Shown piece by piece: positions 14,444 through 30,259 of a DNA stretch of 64,000 nt. The notes beneath the pieces are model-generated. The model did no database searches and was not told where the DNA came from. It saw nothing but the letters and a program-made list of their open reading frames with translations. Position numbers and translations under genes: made by a program. This stretch comes from the human T2T-CHM13v2.0 reference genome, Homo sapiens. Position 1 is the first letter of the stretch. Each line of letters opens with the position of its first letter. The stretch is taken from NCBI RefSeq assembly GCF_009914755.1, contig NC_060938.1; one strand, 5' to 3'.

Positions 14444-14882
14444 CTAGGTAAAATTAATTGCTATATCAAAGCCTTTTCAAACAGGTCTTTTCTCAAATTA
14501 CCATAAATAAAACCATTTTCTATGGTGACTAAGTTTTTTGCATGCTCTCCATGCCTATGATATTCAACACCTATATCTCTTATTCTACATTACTAATATA
14601 ACTTACTTATCAATCTGCTTAAAAATATACTTATAATCTGCTTAAAAACATCTATGTCCTTATTGACTATTTTCTACTCCTATTTGTGTAAGTAACATGT
14701 GGAATAGTCTTTACAGCATCTATCATCTATACCAGTATAATTTGTGGAGCCTACACATTCTTTATTATTGCAAGACAATGGTAGACGTTCTTCACACCTA
14801 TCACTAAGCCCTGCTTGACTTTAACAAAACTGGCTGCATGCTATTCATGATACTGAAAATCATGAAGAGTGCCTGAATATAA

Positions 14883-15250
<368 letters not shown>

Positions 15251-15431
15251 ATCTTTCACTATTTTTTAAAAAAGGGTTAGAACTAGAAGAAATTATTTAT
15301 AATGCATATAGCCATTCTATATTTTCTTTTTCTTTTTTTTTTCTTTTTTAAAAAAAAAACCCCTGTACAAGCCAAAAAAAAAAAAAAAAAAAAAAAAAGT
15401 ATGAGAAACTCTATTTTAAAATATGGGCAAA

Positions 15432-18400
15432 GGAGGAGAGGCCAAGATGGCCGAATAGGAACAGCTCTGGTCTGCAGGTCCCAGTGAGACCAATGCAGAA
15501 GGAGGGTGATTTCTGCATTTCCAACTGAGGTGCCCCGTTCATTTCATTGGAAAAATGAACCCACGGAGAGTGAGCAGAAGCATGGTGGTGCGTCACTTCC
15601 ACTTCACCTGGGAAGCGCAAGGAGCCAGGGGACCTCCCTCCGCCAGCCAAGGGAAGCCATGAGGGACTGTGCTACCCAGCTGGGTTACTATGCTTTTCCC
15701 ATGGTTTTTGCAATCTGCAGATCAGAAGATTATCTTGTGTGCCTACACCACCAGGACCCTGGGCTTCAAGCACATAACTGGGCAGCTGTTTGGGCAGACA
15801 CTGAGCTAGCTGCAGGAGTTTTTTTCAAAACCCAGTGGTTCCAGGAACCCCAGTGAGACTTCACTTCCCTAGAAAGGGGGCTGAAGCCAGGGAGCCAAGT
15901 GGTCTCGCTCAGTGGGTCCCACTCCCATGGAGCCCAGCAAGCTAAGAACCACTGGCTTGAAATTCTCACTGTCAGCACAGCAGTCTGAAGTCGACCAGGG
16001 ACACTGGAGCTTGGTGAGGGGAGGGGCGTCCACCATTACCAAGGCTTTAGTAGGTGGTTTTCCCCTGACAGTGCTAAGGTGCCTGGCAGGTCTGGACTGG
16101 GCGGAATTCACCACAGCGGGGCAAAGCGGCTGTCACCAGACTGCCTCTCTAGATTCCTCCTCACTGGGCGGAGCACCTCTGAAGGAAAGACAGCAGCGCC
16201 AGTCAGGGGCTTACAGATAAAACTCTCATCTCCCTCGGACACAGCACCTGGGGGAAGGGGTGGCTGTGGGCACGAGGCTTCAGCAGATTTAATCTTTCCT
16301 GCCTGCCGACTCTGAAGACAGCAGTTGATACTGACAAGGGTGATTCTCCCAGTACAGTGCACCAGCTCTGCTAAGGGACAGGCTGCCTCCTCAAGTGGGT
16401 CCCTAACCCCCATACCTCCTGACTGGGAGAGATCTCCCAACAGGGTCTGACAGACACCTCATACAGGGGAGCTCTGGCTGGCATCAGGCCAGTGCCCCTC
16501 TGGGACAAAGCTTCCAGAGGAAGGAGCAGGCAGCAATCTTTGCTGTTCTGCAGCTTCCACTGCAGGTCAACAGGGTCTGGAGTGGACCTCCAGCAAACTG
16601 CAGCAGACCTGCAGGAGAGGGGCCAGACTAATAGAAGAAAAACTAACAAACAGAAAGCAACAACATCAACAAAAAAGACCACCACACAAAAACCCCATCC
16701 AAAGGTCATCAGCCTCAAAGATCAAAGGTAGATAAATCCACAAAGATGAGGAAAAATCAGTGCAAAAACACTGAAAATTCCAAAAACCAGAAAGCCTCTT
16801 CTCCTCCAAATTATCGCAACTCCTCTCCAGCAAGGTCACAAAACTGGATGGAGAATGAGATTGCCGAATTGACAGAAGTAGGCTTCAGAAGGTGGGTAAT
16901 AACAAACTCCTCTGAGCTAAAGGAGCATGTCCTAACCCAATGCATGGAGGCTAAGAACCTTGATAAAGGTTACAGGAACTGCTAACTAGAATAACCAGTT
17001 TAAAGAGGAACATAAATGACCTGATGGAGTTGAAAAACACAGTCCGAGAACTTCATGAAGCATACACAAGAATCAATAGCCAAATCGATCAAGTGGAAGA
17101 AAGGATATCAGGGACTGAAGATCACCTGACTGAAACAAGGCATGAAGAAAAGATTAGAGAAAAAAAGAATGAAAAGGAATGAACAAAGCCTCCAAGAAAT
17201 ATGGCACTATGTGAGAAGACGAAACCTAAGTTTAACTGGTATACCTGAAAGTGGTGGAGAGAATGAAGTCAAGTTGGAAAACACACTTCAGGACATTATC
17301 CAGGAGAACTTCCCCAGCCTAGCAAGGCAGGCCAACATTCAAATTCAGGAAACACAGAGACCACCACTAAGATACTGCTCAAGAAGAGCAACCCCAAGAC
17401 ACATAATGATCAGATTCTCCAAGGCTGAAACAAAGGAAAAAAGGTTAAGGGCATCCAGAGAGAAAGGTCAGGTTATCTACAAAGGGAAGCCTATCAGATT
17501 AACATCAGATTTCTCTGCAGAAACTTTACAAGCCAGAAGACAGTGGGGGCCAATATTCAACATTCTTAAGGAAAAGAATTTGCAACCCGGAATTTCATAT
17601 CCAGCCAAACTAAGCTTCATAACCAAAGGAGAAATAAAATCCTTTACAGACAAGCAGATGCCTAGGGATTTTGTCATCACCAAGCCTGCCTTACAAGAAC
17701 TCCTGAAGGAAGCACTAAATATGGAAAGGAAAAACCGATACCAGCCACTGCAAAAACAAAACAAAATATAAAGACCAATGACATTATGAAGAAACCACAT
17801 CAAATGATGTGCAAAATAACCAGCTAGCATCACAATAACAGGATCAAATTCACACATAACAATATTAACCTTAAATGTACATGGGCTAACTGCCCCAATT
17901 AAAAGATACAGACTGGAAAACTGGATAGAGTCAAGACCCATTGGTGTGCTGTATTCAAGAGACCCATCTCATGTGCAAAGACACACAAAGGCTCAAAATA
18001 AAGGGATGGAGGAACATTTACCAAGCAAATGCAATGGGAAAAAAAAGCAGGGGTTGCAATCCTAATCTCTAATAAAACAGACTTTACCAACAAGGATCAA
18101 AAAAGACAAAGAAGGACATTACATAATGGTAAAGGGATCAATGCAACAAGGAGAGCTAACTATCCTAAATATATACACACCCAATACGGGAGCACCCAGA
18201 TTCATAAAACAAATTCTTAGAGACCTAGAAAGAGACTTAAGACTCCCACACAATAATAATAGGAGACTTTAACTACCACTGTCAATATTAGACGGATCAA
18301 TGAGACAGAAAATTAACAAGGATATTCAGGACTTGAACTCAACTCTGGACCAAGATGACCTAATAGACATCTACGGAACTCTCCACCCCAATCAACAGAA

Positions 18401-19151
18401 TATATATTCTTCTCAGTGCCACATAGCACTTATTCTAAAATGACCACATAATTGGAAGTAAAACAATCCTCAACAAATGCAAAAGAATGGAAATCATAAC
18501 AAACAGTCTCTCAGACCACAGTGCAATCAAATTAGAACTCAGGATTAAGAATCTCACTCAAAACCACACAACTACATGGAAATCAAACAACCTGCTCCTG
18601 AATGACTACTGGGTAAATCATGAAATTAAGGCAGAAATAAAGAAGTTCTTTGAAACCAATGAGAACAAAGAGACAACGAGTGAGGATTTCTGGGACACAG
18701 CTAAAGCGGTGTTAAGATGGAAATTTATAGCACTAAATACCCACATCAGAAAGCAAGAAAGACAGAAAACCAACATCCTAACATCGCAATGAAAAGAACT
18801 AGAGAAGCAAGAGCAAACAAATTCAAAAGCTGGCAGAAGCAAGAAATAGAGCAGAACTAAAGGAGATAGAGGACACAAAAAACCCTTCAAAAAATCAATG
18901 AATCCAGGAGCTTGGTTTTTGAAAAGATTAACAAAATTGATAGACTGCTAGCTAGACTAATAAAGAAAAGAGAGAAGAATTAACAAAATAGACTGCTAGC
19001 TAGACTAATAAAGAAGAAAAGAGAGAAGAATCAAATAGGCACATGAAAATGATAAAAGGGATATCACCACTAATCCCACAGAAATACAAACTACCATCAG
19101 ATAATACCATAAACACCTCTATGCAAATAAAGCAGAAAATCTAGAAGAAAT
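15432..19151 (+). mobile_element. L1PA (about PA8 age) 5' part: 5'UTR, ORF1 (16746-17771, frameshifted) and ORF2 endonuclease region
   Basis: 5' end ccaagatggccgaataggaacagctc; ORF1p fragments (SLQEIWHYVRR, GKPIRLTSDFSAETLQARR); EN fragment [13 protein letters not shown]; stops at ctagaagaaat. Confidence 0.93.
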
Positions 19152-21373
19152 AGGGGTCCCTTCCAAGATGGCCAAATAGGAACAGCTCTGGTCTGCAGCT
19201 CCCAGTGAGATCGACACAGAAGTGAATGATTTCTGCATTTCCAACTGAGGTACCTGGTTCATCTCATTGGGACTGGTTGGACAGTGGGTGCAGCTCACGG
19301 AGGGCAAGCTGAAGTATGGTGGGGCGTCGCCTCACCCAGGAAGCAGAAAGGGTCAGGGGATTTCCCTTTCCTAGCCAAGGGAAGCTGTGACAGACTGTAC
19401 CTGGAGAAATGGTACACTCCTCACCAAATACTGCACTATTCCCACAGTCTTAGCAACCGGCAGACCAGGAGATACCCTCCTGTCACTGGTTTGGCAGGTC
19501 CCACACCCACGGAGCCTTGCTCACTGCTAGCGCAACAGTCTGAGATCAACCTTTGAGGCTGTAGCCTGGTGGGGGAAAGGGGCATCTGCCATTGCTGGGG
19601 CTTAAGTAGCTCACAGTGTAAACAAAGAGGCCAGGAAGCACAAACTGGGCAGAACCCACTGCAGCTCAGCAAGGCCTACTGCCTCTATAGATTCCACCTC
19701 TGGGGGCAGGGCACAGCTGAACAAAAGGCAGCAGACAGCTTCTGCAGACTTAAACATCCCTGGCTGACAGCTCTGAAGGGAGTAGTGATTCTCTCAGCAG
19801 GGCATTCGAACTCTGAGAATGGACAGATTGCCTCCTCAAGCGGGTCCCTGACCCCTGTGTTGCCTGACTGGGAAACACCTCCCAGTATTGGCCGACAGAC
19901 ACCTCAAACAGGCGGGTGCCCCTCTGGGACGAAGCTTCCAGAGGAAGGATCAAGCAGCAATATTTGTTGTTCTGCAGCCTCCGCTGGTGATACCCAGGCA
20001 AACAGGGTCTGGAGTGGACCTCCAGCAAACTCCAACAGACCTGCAGCTGAGGGACCTGACTGTCAGAAGGAAAATTAACAAACAGAAAGGAACAGCATCA
20101 ACATCAACAAAAAGGACATCCACACCAAAACTCCACCTGTAGGTCACCATCATCAAAGACCAAAGGTAGATAAAACCACAAAGATGGGGAGAAACCACAG
20201 CAGAAAAGCTGAAAAATCCAAAAAACAGAGCGCCTCTTCTCCTCCAAAGGATTGCAGCTCCTCACCAGCAAGGGAACAAAACTGGATGGAGAACGAGTTT
20301 GATGAGTTGACAGAAGTAGGCTTCAGGTCGGTAATAACAAACTTCTCTGAGCTAAAGGAGCATGTTCTAACCCATCACAAGAAAGCTAAAAACCTTGAAA
20401 AAAGATTAGATGAATGGCTAACAAGAATAAACAGTGTAAAGAAGACCTTAAGTGACCTGATGGCACTGAAAACCATGGCACAAGAACTTCGGGACCCATG
20501 CATAAGCTTCAATAGCCGATTCAAACAAGTGGAAGAAAAAATATCAGTGACTGAAGATCAAATTAATGAAATAAAACAAGAAGAGAAGTTTAGAGAAAAA
20601 AGAGTAAAAAGAAACAAACAAAGCCTCCAAGAAATATGGGACTATGTGAAAAGACCAAATCTATGTTTGATTGGTGTACCAGAAAGTGACCGGGAGAATG
20701 GAACCAAGTTAGAAAACACTCTTCAGGATATTATCCAGGAGAACTTCCCCATCCTAGCAAGGCAGGCCAACATTCAAATTCAGGAAATACAGAGAACACC
20801 ATAAAGATCCTCTTCGAGAAGAGCAACCCCAAGACACATTAATTGTCAGATTCACCAAGGTTGAAATGAAGGAAAAAATGTTAAGGGCAGCCAGGGAGAA
20901 AGGTCAGGTTACCCACAAAGGAAAGCCCATCAGACTAACGGCGGATCTCTTGGCAGAAACTCTACAAGCCAGAAGAGAGTGGGGGCCAATATTCAACATT
21001 CTTAAAGAAAAGGATTTTCAACCCAGAATCTCATATTCAGCCAAACTAAGCTTCGAAAGTGAAGGAGAAATAAAATCCTTTACAGACAAGCAAATGCTGA
21101 GAGATTTTGTTATCCCTAGGCCTGCCTTACAAGAGCTCCTGAAGGAAGCACTAAACATGGAAAGAAATAACCAGTACCAGCCACTGCAAAAACATGACAA
21201 ATGGTAAAGACCATTGATGCTATGAAGAAACTGCAGCAATTAATGGGCAAAATAACCAGCTAGCATCATAATGACAGGATCAAATTCAAATGTAACAATA
21301 TTAACCTTAAATGTAAATGGGCTAACTGCCCCAATCAAAAGACACAGACTGGCAAATTGGATAAAGAGTCAAG
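19152..21373 (+). mobile_element. Second L1PA (about PA7/8) 5' part: 5'UTR, ORF1 (20184-21207, disrupted), first ~100 nt of ORF2
   Basis: New 5' end ggggtcccttccaagatggccaaataggaacagc; ORF1p MGRNHSRKAE...; ORF2 ATG at 21271; breaks at gagtcaag. Confidence 0.93.
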
Positions 21374-23921
21374 GTACCATTCCTTCTGAAACTATTTCAA
21401 TCAATAGAGAAAGAAAGAATCCTCCCTAACTCATTTTATGAGGCCAGCCTCATCCTGAAACCAAAACCTGGCAGAGAGACAACAAAGAAGAAAATTTTAG
21501 GCTAATATACCTGATGAACATCGATGTGAAAATCCTCAATAGAATACTGGCAAACCGAATCCAGCAGCACATCAAAAAGCTTATCCACCACATACAAGTC
21601 AGCTTCATCCCTGGGATGCAAGTCTGGTTCAACACATGCAAATCAATAAACGTAATCCATCATATAAAGAGAATCAATGACAAAAACCATATAATTATCT
21701 CAATCGATGCAGAAACGGTCTTTGATAAAATTCAACATAACTTCATGCTAAAAACTCTCAATAAACTAGGTATCAATAGAATATAACTCAAAATAATAAG
21801 AGCTATTTATGACAAACCCATAGCCAATATCACACTGAATGGGCAAAAGCTGGAAGCATTCCCTTTGAAAACCAGCACAAGACAAGGATGTCCTCTCTCA
21901 CTACTCCTATTCAACAGAGTACTGGAAGTTCTGCCAGGGCAATCAGACAAGAGAAAGAAATAAAGGGTATTCAAATAGGAAGAGAGGAAATCAAATTGTC
22001 TCTGCAAATGACATGATTGTATATTTAGAAAACCCCATGGTCTCAGACTAAAAACTCTTTAAGCTGATAAGCAGCTTCAGCAAAGTCTCAGGACACAAAA
22101 TCAATGTGCAAAAATCACAAGCATTCTTATACACCAATAATAGACAAGCAGAGAGCCAAATCATGAGTGAACTCCTATTCACAATTGCTAGAAGCAAAAT
22201 AGAATATCTAGGAATACAACTTACAAGGGACGTGAAGGACGTCTTCAAGACGAACTACAAACCACTGTTCAACAAAATAAAAACGACACAAATAAATGGA
22301 AAAAAATTCTATGCTCATGGTTAGGAAGAATCAATATCGTGAAAATAACCATACTGCCTAAAGTAGTTTATAAATTCAATGATATTCCCATCAAGCTACC
22401 ATTGACTTTCTTTGCAGAATTAGAAAAAAATACTTTAAATTTTATATGGAACCAAAAAAGAGCCTGTATAGCCAAGACAATCCTAAGCAAAAGAACAAAT
22501 CTGGAGACACCACACTACCTGACTTCAAACTATACTACAAGGCTACAGTAACCAAAACAGCATGGTACTAGTACCAAAACAAATATACAGACTAATAGAA
22601 CAGAACAGAGACCTCAGAAATAGCAGCACACATCTACAACCATCTGATCTTTGACAAACCTGACTATAATAAACAATGGGGAAAGTATTCCTTATTTAAT
22701 AAATGGTGCTGGGAAAACTGGCTAGTTATATGCAGAAAACAGAAACTAGACCCTTTCCTTACATCTTATACAAAAATCAACTCAAAAATGGAGTAAAGAC
22801 TTCAATGTAAAACCCCAAACCATAAAAACCCTAGAAGAAAACCTAGGCAATACCATTCAGGACATAGGCATGGACAAAGACTTCATGAATAAAACACCAA
22901 AAGCAACTGCAAAAAGTCAAAATTGACAAGTGGGATCTAATTAAAGAGCTTCTGCACAGCAAAATAAACTATCATCAGAGTGAACAGGCAACCTACAGAA
23001 TGGGAGAAAATTTTTGAAATCTACCCACCTGACAAAGGTCTAATATCCAGAATCTACAAGGAACTTAAATCTACAAGAAAAAAAAACCCATCAAAAAGTG
23101 GGCAAAGGATATTAACAGACACTTCTCAAGAGAAAACATCTATGTGGCCAAAAAACATGAAAAAAAAGTTCATCATCACTAGTCATTAGAGGAATGCAAA
23201 TCAAAACTACAATGAGATACCTCTCACACCAGTTAGAATAGCAATTATTAAAAAGTCAGGAAACAACAGATGCTGGTGAGGCTGTGGAGAAATAGGAACA
23301 CTTTTACACTATTGGTGGGAGTGTAAATTAGTTCAACCATTGTGGAAGACGGTGTGGCAATTCCTCAAGAAGCTAGAACCAGAAATACCATTTGATCCAG
23401 CAATCCCGTTACTGGGTATATACCCAAAGGATTATAAATCATTCCACTATAAAGACACATGCACACATATGTTCACTGTGGCACTATTTACAATAGCAAA
23501 GACTTGGAAGCAACCCAAATGCTCATCAATGATAGACTGGATAAAGAAAATGTGGCACATATACACCATGGAATACTATGCAGCCATAAAAAAGGATGCG
23601 TTCATGTCCTTTGCATGGATGAAGCTGGAAGCCATCATTCTCAGCAAACTAACACAGGAACAGAAAACCAAATACCCCATGTTCTCAGTCAAAAGTGGGA
23701 GCTGAACAATGAGAACACATGGATACAGGGAGGAGAACATCACACACCAGGGGTCAGGAAGCAAGGGAGGGAGACCATCAGGATAAATACCTAATGCATG
23801 CAGGGCTTAAAATCTAGATGATGGGTTGATAGGTGCAACAAACCACCATGGCACATATACACCTATGTAACAAACCTGCACGTTCTGCGCATGTATCCCA
23901 GAACGTTAAAAAAAAAAAAAA
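21374..23921 (+). mobile_element. L1PA 3' part: RT, C-terminal region, 3'UTR and poly(A)
   Basis: [22 protein letters not shown] (RT) and WIKKMWHIYTMEYYAAIKK; PA8-like 3'UTR; A tail 23908-23921 then gggcaaa matching 15425-15431. Confidence 0.93.
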
Positions 23922-23929
23922 GGGCAAAT

Positions 23930-24920
23930 GATACTGTGTAAATTATCCACTTACTGCCTCTCAGCTCTAAATCTACCCTTCCTTGTGTGCTCTACAATAA
24001 TGGAGCTGAACTCTGTAAATAGTTCTCTCTTGCCAGCTGGTCCAATTAGGCTTTACCAGTAGATGACACTTGAAGGATGCTGGAAGAAGAAGGTGTTTCT
24101 CCTTCTGGTTCCAGTGTGCTTACCTTATTGGGTTCCTGCAGGATGCAGATTTTAATTTTTGGCAGCGTCCAGGTGCTAACAGCCGTGGCACCTTCTCATG
24201 AGCTGCTTCCCTGGCACCAACCACCCCAGACCTCCTGGCAGTTTCATAGTGAAATGTCACCTGCTATGTAACTCCCCTTGGACTACTTTTTTAGCACCTA
24301 CTCAGGCAGCTTACAATGAGTTCCACAGCTAGGCACCTCCCTGGGGAAGACTATCCCGAGGGCAGATTTCTAACAGTCCCCATGGGGCAGCACTTTGTGA
24401 CCACTGCCACACTCTGCAACTAGGTCTGAATCTCAACCTTGAGAGGGAATGTCTCTTCCTTGGGTGCTCTATCTCAGTTCCACAGATAGTGGCTGCTACC
24501 TGTATCTATTATTTCTGTATTCTTTACACACTTCTCTTTGCTCTGTTACTTTGTTCCTCTGCTAATAGTTTTTTTTTTTTTTTGACACAGTCTCACACTA
24601 TTGCCCAGGCTGGAGTGCAGTGGTGCGATCTTGGCCCAGGTTCAAGCAGTTCTCCTGCCTTAGCCTCCTGAGTAGCTGAGATTACAGGCACCTGCCACCA
24701 TGCCTGGCTAATTTTTTTTTTAATTTTTATTTTTAGCAGAGATGGAGTTTCACTATGCTTGTCAGGCTGGTCTCGAACTCCTGACCTTGTGATCTGCCCA
24801 CCTCAGCCTCCCAAAGTACTGGGATTACAGGCGTGAGCCACCGTGCCTGGCCAGTAATTCTTTATGTTATACTCTCTCTGTTGAAATTAAGAGTGGTTTC
24901 TGTCTCCTGATTAAAATATA
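23930..24920. mobile_element. Old ERVL-class LTR-like element interrupted by Alu
   Basis: Ends in gtggtttctgtctcctga, typical of ERVL/MLT2-type LTR termini; subfamily not determined. Confidence 0.4.
24569..24852 (-). mobile_element. Alu (AluS-like, small internal deletion)
   Basis: Antisense dimer. Confidence 0.9.
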
Positions 24921-24924
24921 ACAA

Positions 24925-25890
<966 letters not shown>

Positions 25891-25895
25891 AATAA

Positions 25896-26235
<340 letters not shown>

Positions 26236-26759
26236 TATATATATATATATGGTTAAAAATCAAATATTTAATTGGTAAATGGAATGAAAGGTAGTAACTT
26301 AGGATCTAGCATCAAAATGCTACCTTGCATTAGAATACCTGAATACTTGTTCATTCACTAGCTAGAAACTGTAATCTAAAAGAATAATGCAGGACAAAAG
26401 TAATTAATCATTATCCTAATAATTATTTAGCTTGGCTGCTAAGTTGGATAGTAGTTAGCAATTATACAGAATTTTATCTTACATAAAAAATACCTATACC
26501 TCAAAATATAACTGGGATCGCATTTGAAAATAACAGTCATGCTAAGAATACTAAATAATGCTTCAACAAGGGATAATGTCAATAGTATTTACAAACCACT
26601 TTGATAGAGGTAAAGAATTCCGGACAATGTAAGTATACCCTAAATACCATTTACTAATTTTGATTCAAGAAACAAGGCTGTAAGGGTTTTAAAACCTGCA
26701 TATATGTCTTAGTGCTTCAGCAGTGTAGCTGTAAAATTAATGAAAAGATTTATTGTCTC

Positions 26760-27160
26760 TGTATTAGTTAGCTAGGGCTGCTGTACAAAATACTAAAGAT
26801 TGAGCGGCTTAAACAACAGTAATTTATTATCTCATAGTTCTAGATGCTATAAGTCCATGATTAAGGTGTCAGCAGGTCTGGTTTGATCTAAGGCCTCTCT
26901 CCTTGGCTTGCAGATGGTCATCTTCTTGCTGTGTCTTCTTATGGCCTTTCCTCTGCGTGTGTGGGTGTGTGGGTGTGTCTCTCGTGTCTCTGTGTGCCCA
27001 AATTCCCTCCTCTTGTGAAGACACCAGTCAGACTGGATTAGGGAAGTTTAGGACCTACCCTAAATGTCTCAATTTAACTTTATCACCTCTTTTATAGGTC
27101 TTATCTTCAAATACTGTCACAATCTGAGGTATCAGGGCAAGGACTCCAACATAAGACTCT
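26760..27160 (-). mobile_element. MLT1 (MaLR) solo LTR
   Basis: tgtattagttagctagggctgc...ggcttaaacaacag...aaggtgtcagcagg...aaggcctctctccttggcttgcagatgg. Confidence 0.8.
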
Positions 27161-27627
27161 TAGCCTTTTTGCAAATTTTAATTCATGGAGGTAGCTTTTA
27201 TATATTCTCAATTCTTTGCATCTCAATTTGGAGAAGAGACTTTAAATCACAGGCCATTTTATATCAACTCTTCCAAGTTTAATATTTTGGTGGATCTAGG
27301 CAATGCAGAATTTTATATGCTTAGGGAAAAATTTCTCTCTAGGTACTTAGCTAAGAAAAAAAATATTTGATATAACCTGCATAGATATGGAAGAAAAACC
27401 TTGCTAAATAAAATGGAGTATACAACCGTAAAACAGTTGTCTGAATTTTCAGTGTTGATTTTAGCTTAGTAGATACAATCAATTCCACACTGATTATAGC
27501 CATTCTATCAGATTATTAAAATCAAAAGAATATGTATTAACATAGTTGAAACTTTTAATATCAGCACAGTGTCATTCAAACTTTTCTATTTTCTCTTTCT
27601 ACTCTACATATTTTCCATGATTTAAAC

Positions 27628-28075
<448 letters not shown>

Positions 28076-28350
28076 TATATATCACAAAACACAGTCCTTG
28101 CATAAGTGATCACTGGTTCCCAACTAGTTAAAAACAGTTAATTCTCTAAATCTGATCATTTACCCAAGGTAAAAATATTTTCAGTATTTTTATGTATACA
28201 TATTTACAAATTATGTATATATATTATTGTTCTAAAATGTTTGATTCATTATGATACACAAAAATAGAAAAATTGAAAGGGTGAAATAGAAGTGAATATG
28301 AATTCAAACATTTTCATTATAATACATCTAAATGTAGTGTCTGCATACCC

Positions 28351-28652
28351 TATTTTACTCTTTTTGAGACAGGGTCTCACTCCCATCTCCCAGGCTAGAG
28401 TGCAGTGCAGTGGAGCAATCACGGGTCACTGCAGCCTCGACTTCCCGGGCTCAGGTAATCCTCCCACTTCAGCTCCCAAGTAGCTGGGACTACAGGCATG
28501 CGCCACCATCCCCAGCTAATTTTTTGTATTTTTAGTAGAGATGGGGTTTCATCATGTTATCCAGGATGCTCTTGAACTCCTGGGCTCAAGCAATCCATCC
28601 ACCTTGGCCTCCCAAAGTGCTGGGATTATAGGCATGAGCCACCCACCCGGCT
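28351..28652 (-). mobile_element. Alu (AluJ-like)
   Basis: Antisense dimer with cctgggctcaagcaatcc. Confidence 0.92.
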
Positions 28653-29289
28653 GATGTAACATCTTTCTTTAAGACTCATATCAAGCATCAATTTCTCTGG
28701 AAAGCTTTTTACTTGACGTAGAAGTGGTCATTCCCATCTTTTTTTTTACCTAGTAAATATTAACTATTTGTTGAATTAATGAAATTAAAGTTTTGAAAAA
28801 ATGTATTGAAAGAAAACAATTCACGTTACAAAAGAGAAGCACAGCGTTTAGAAGATGGCAAACAAATGTCAGACTGTCAAAATAGTTACTAGTCAGGAGG
28901 ATTAACTAGCTATAAATAAAACAATCACGTGAGAATTTAAGCTCTAACGGGTTGAAATCAAAAGAGAAACTAAAATTTTTTAAAAAAGAACAGAGAAAAA
29001 GGAGAAAAAGATTTGTGTAGTCAAAATTCATAATGCTAACAAGCACAGATGTAAACGCTTGAACATATGTTTTTTTAAAAAAGCAGAAGAAACACTTAAG
29101 AAACTAAAGTTACCAGACAATTGAGAAATTTATTTAGAAAATCATCAAACAGGAGGAATACATAGCAATAAAGTTGAGTGAGGAAATTTTACACAGGTTA
29201 CAAAATAATCCAGGATATTAAGTATTATTGGCAACCTAAGCTTCATTATCTGCTCAAATCGTGTAAACAGTGAAGTTGCAGACTGTACA

Positions 29290-29480
29290 ACAGTAGAAAA
29301 AGAACTGGGTTAAGGACTCAGGAGGCCTAGCCTAAAATTCCAGTTCACCCCTTAACCTCTCTGAGCCTCAGCTTATCATCTATAACATGAAGATATTGTC
29401 TCACTGCAGGGTTACAATGGGGATTAATAAAATAATGTATGTGAAAGTACTTTGTAAACTACAAAATCTCATGCCAAATT
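29290..29480 (+). mobile_element. MIR
   Basis: cttaacctctctgagcctcag...catctataa...gtatgtgaaagtactttgtaaact. Confidence 0.7.
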
Positions 29481-29874
29481 ATGACATTATTTTAATTTGT
29501 GGAATATTGTTTGAAGTTTCTAAAACCACATGCAGTAGTTACACACAGCTACATCAAGACTAACCGTGAAGAATCCTCAGCCATTTGGTAGAACTAAACA
29601 CCATTTTCCCCACCAAGTCTTCTAAAATAAAAACCTTATGCCATGACAGCTGGAGAAGCAAGCCCAGAGAATCAAAAAACAAATACATACTAAGACCTGA
29701 AGGTAAGATCGCTACAGACACACAATGACTGGCAAGCTAACTCAATGCTCTGATTTACTTCCTGGTGTTATTAGTAAAAGGTAGGTCTTTTTATGTGAAA
29801 ATAGATCCTTAAGAGTCTGTTTTTACATTGAGTTGTATAGTTGTATGAACCAAGACAGAATAAGAAAGGTGGAA

Positions 29875-30244
29875 TGACATGGTTTGGCCGTGTCCCCACC
29901 CAAAATCTCATCTTGAACTGTAATTCAAATTGTAATCTTCACGTGTTGGGGGAGGAACCTCATGGGAGGTGAACAGAACACGCGGGTGGTTGCCCCATGC
30001 TATTCTGACAGTGAGTTCTCACGAGATCTAATGGTTTTATAAGGGGCTTTCCCCTCTTCGCTCTATATTTCTCTCTCCTCCTACCATGTGAAGAAGGACG
30101 AGTTTGCTTCCCTTTCCACCATGATTGTAAGTTTCCTGAGGCCTCCCCAGCCACGTGGAACTGTGAGTCAATTAAACCCCTTTCCTTTATAAATGACCAA
30201 GTCTTGGATATTTCTTCATAGCAGCATAAGAATGGACTAATATA
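29875..30244 (+). mobile_element. THE1 (THE1C/D-like) solo LTR
   Basis: tgacatggtttggccgtgtccccaccc...ggactaatata; TSD tggaa/tggag. Confidence 0.88.
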
Positions 30245-30259
30245 TGGAGACTAAGGATC

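Noticed and set aside
16746-23705. L1 ORF1/ORF2 as functional genes
   Set aside because: Both ORF1 copies and all ORF2 pieces carry stops, frameshifts or deletions.
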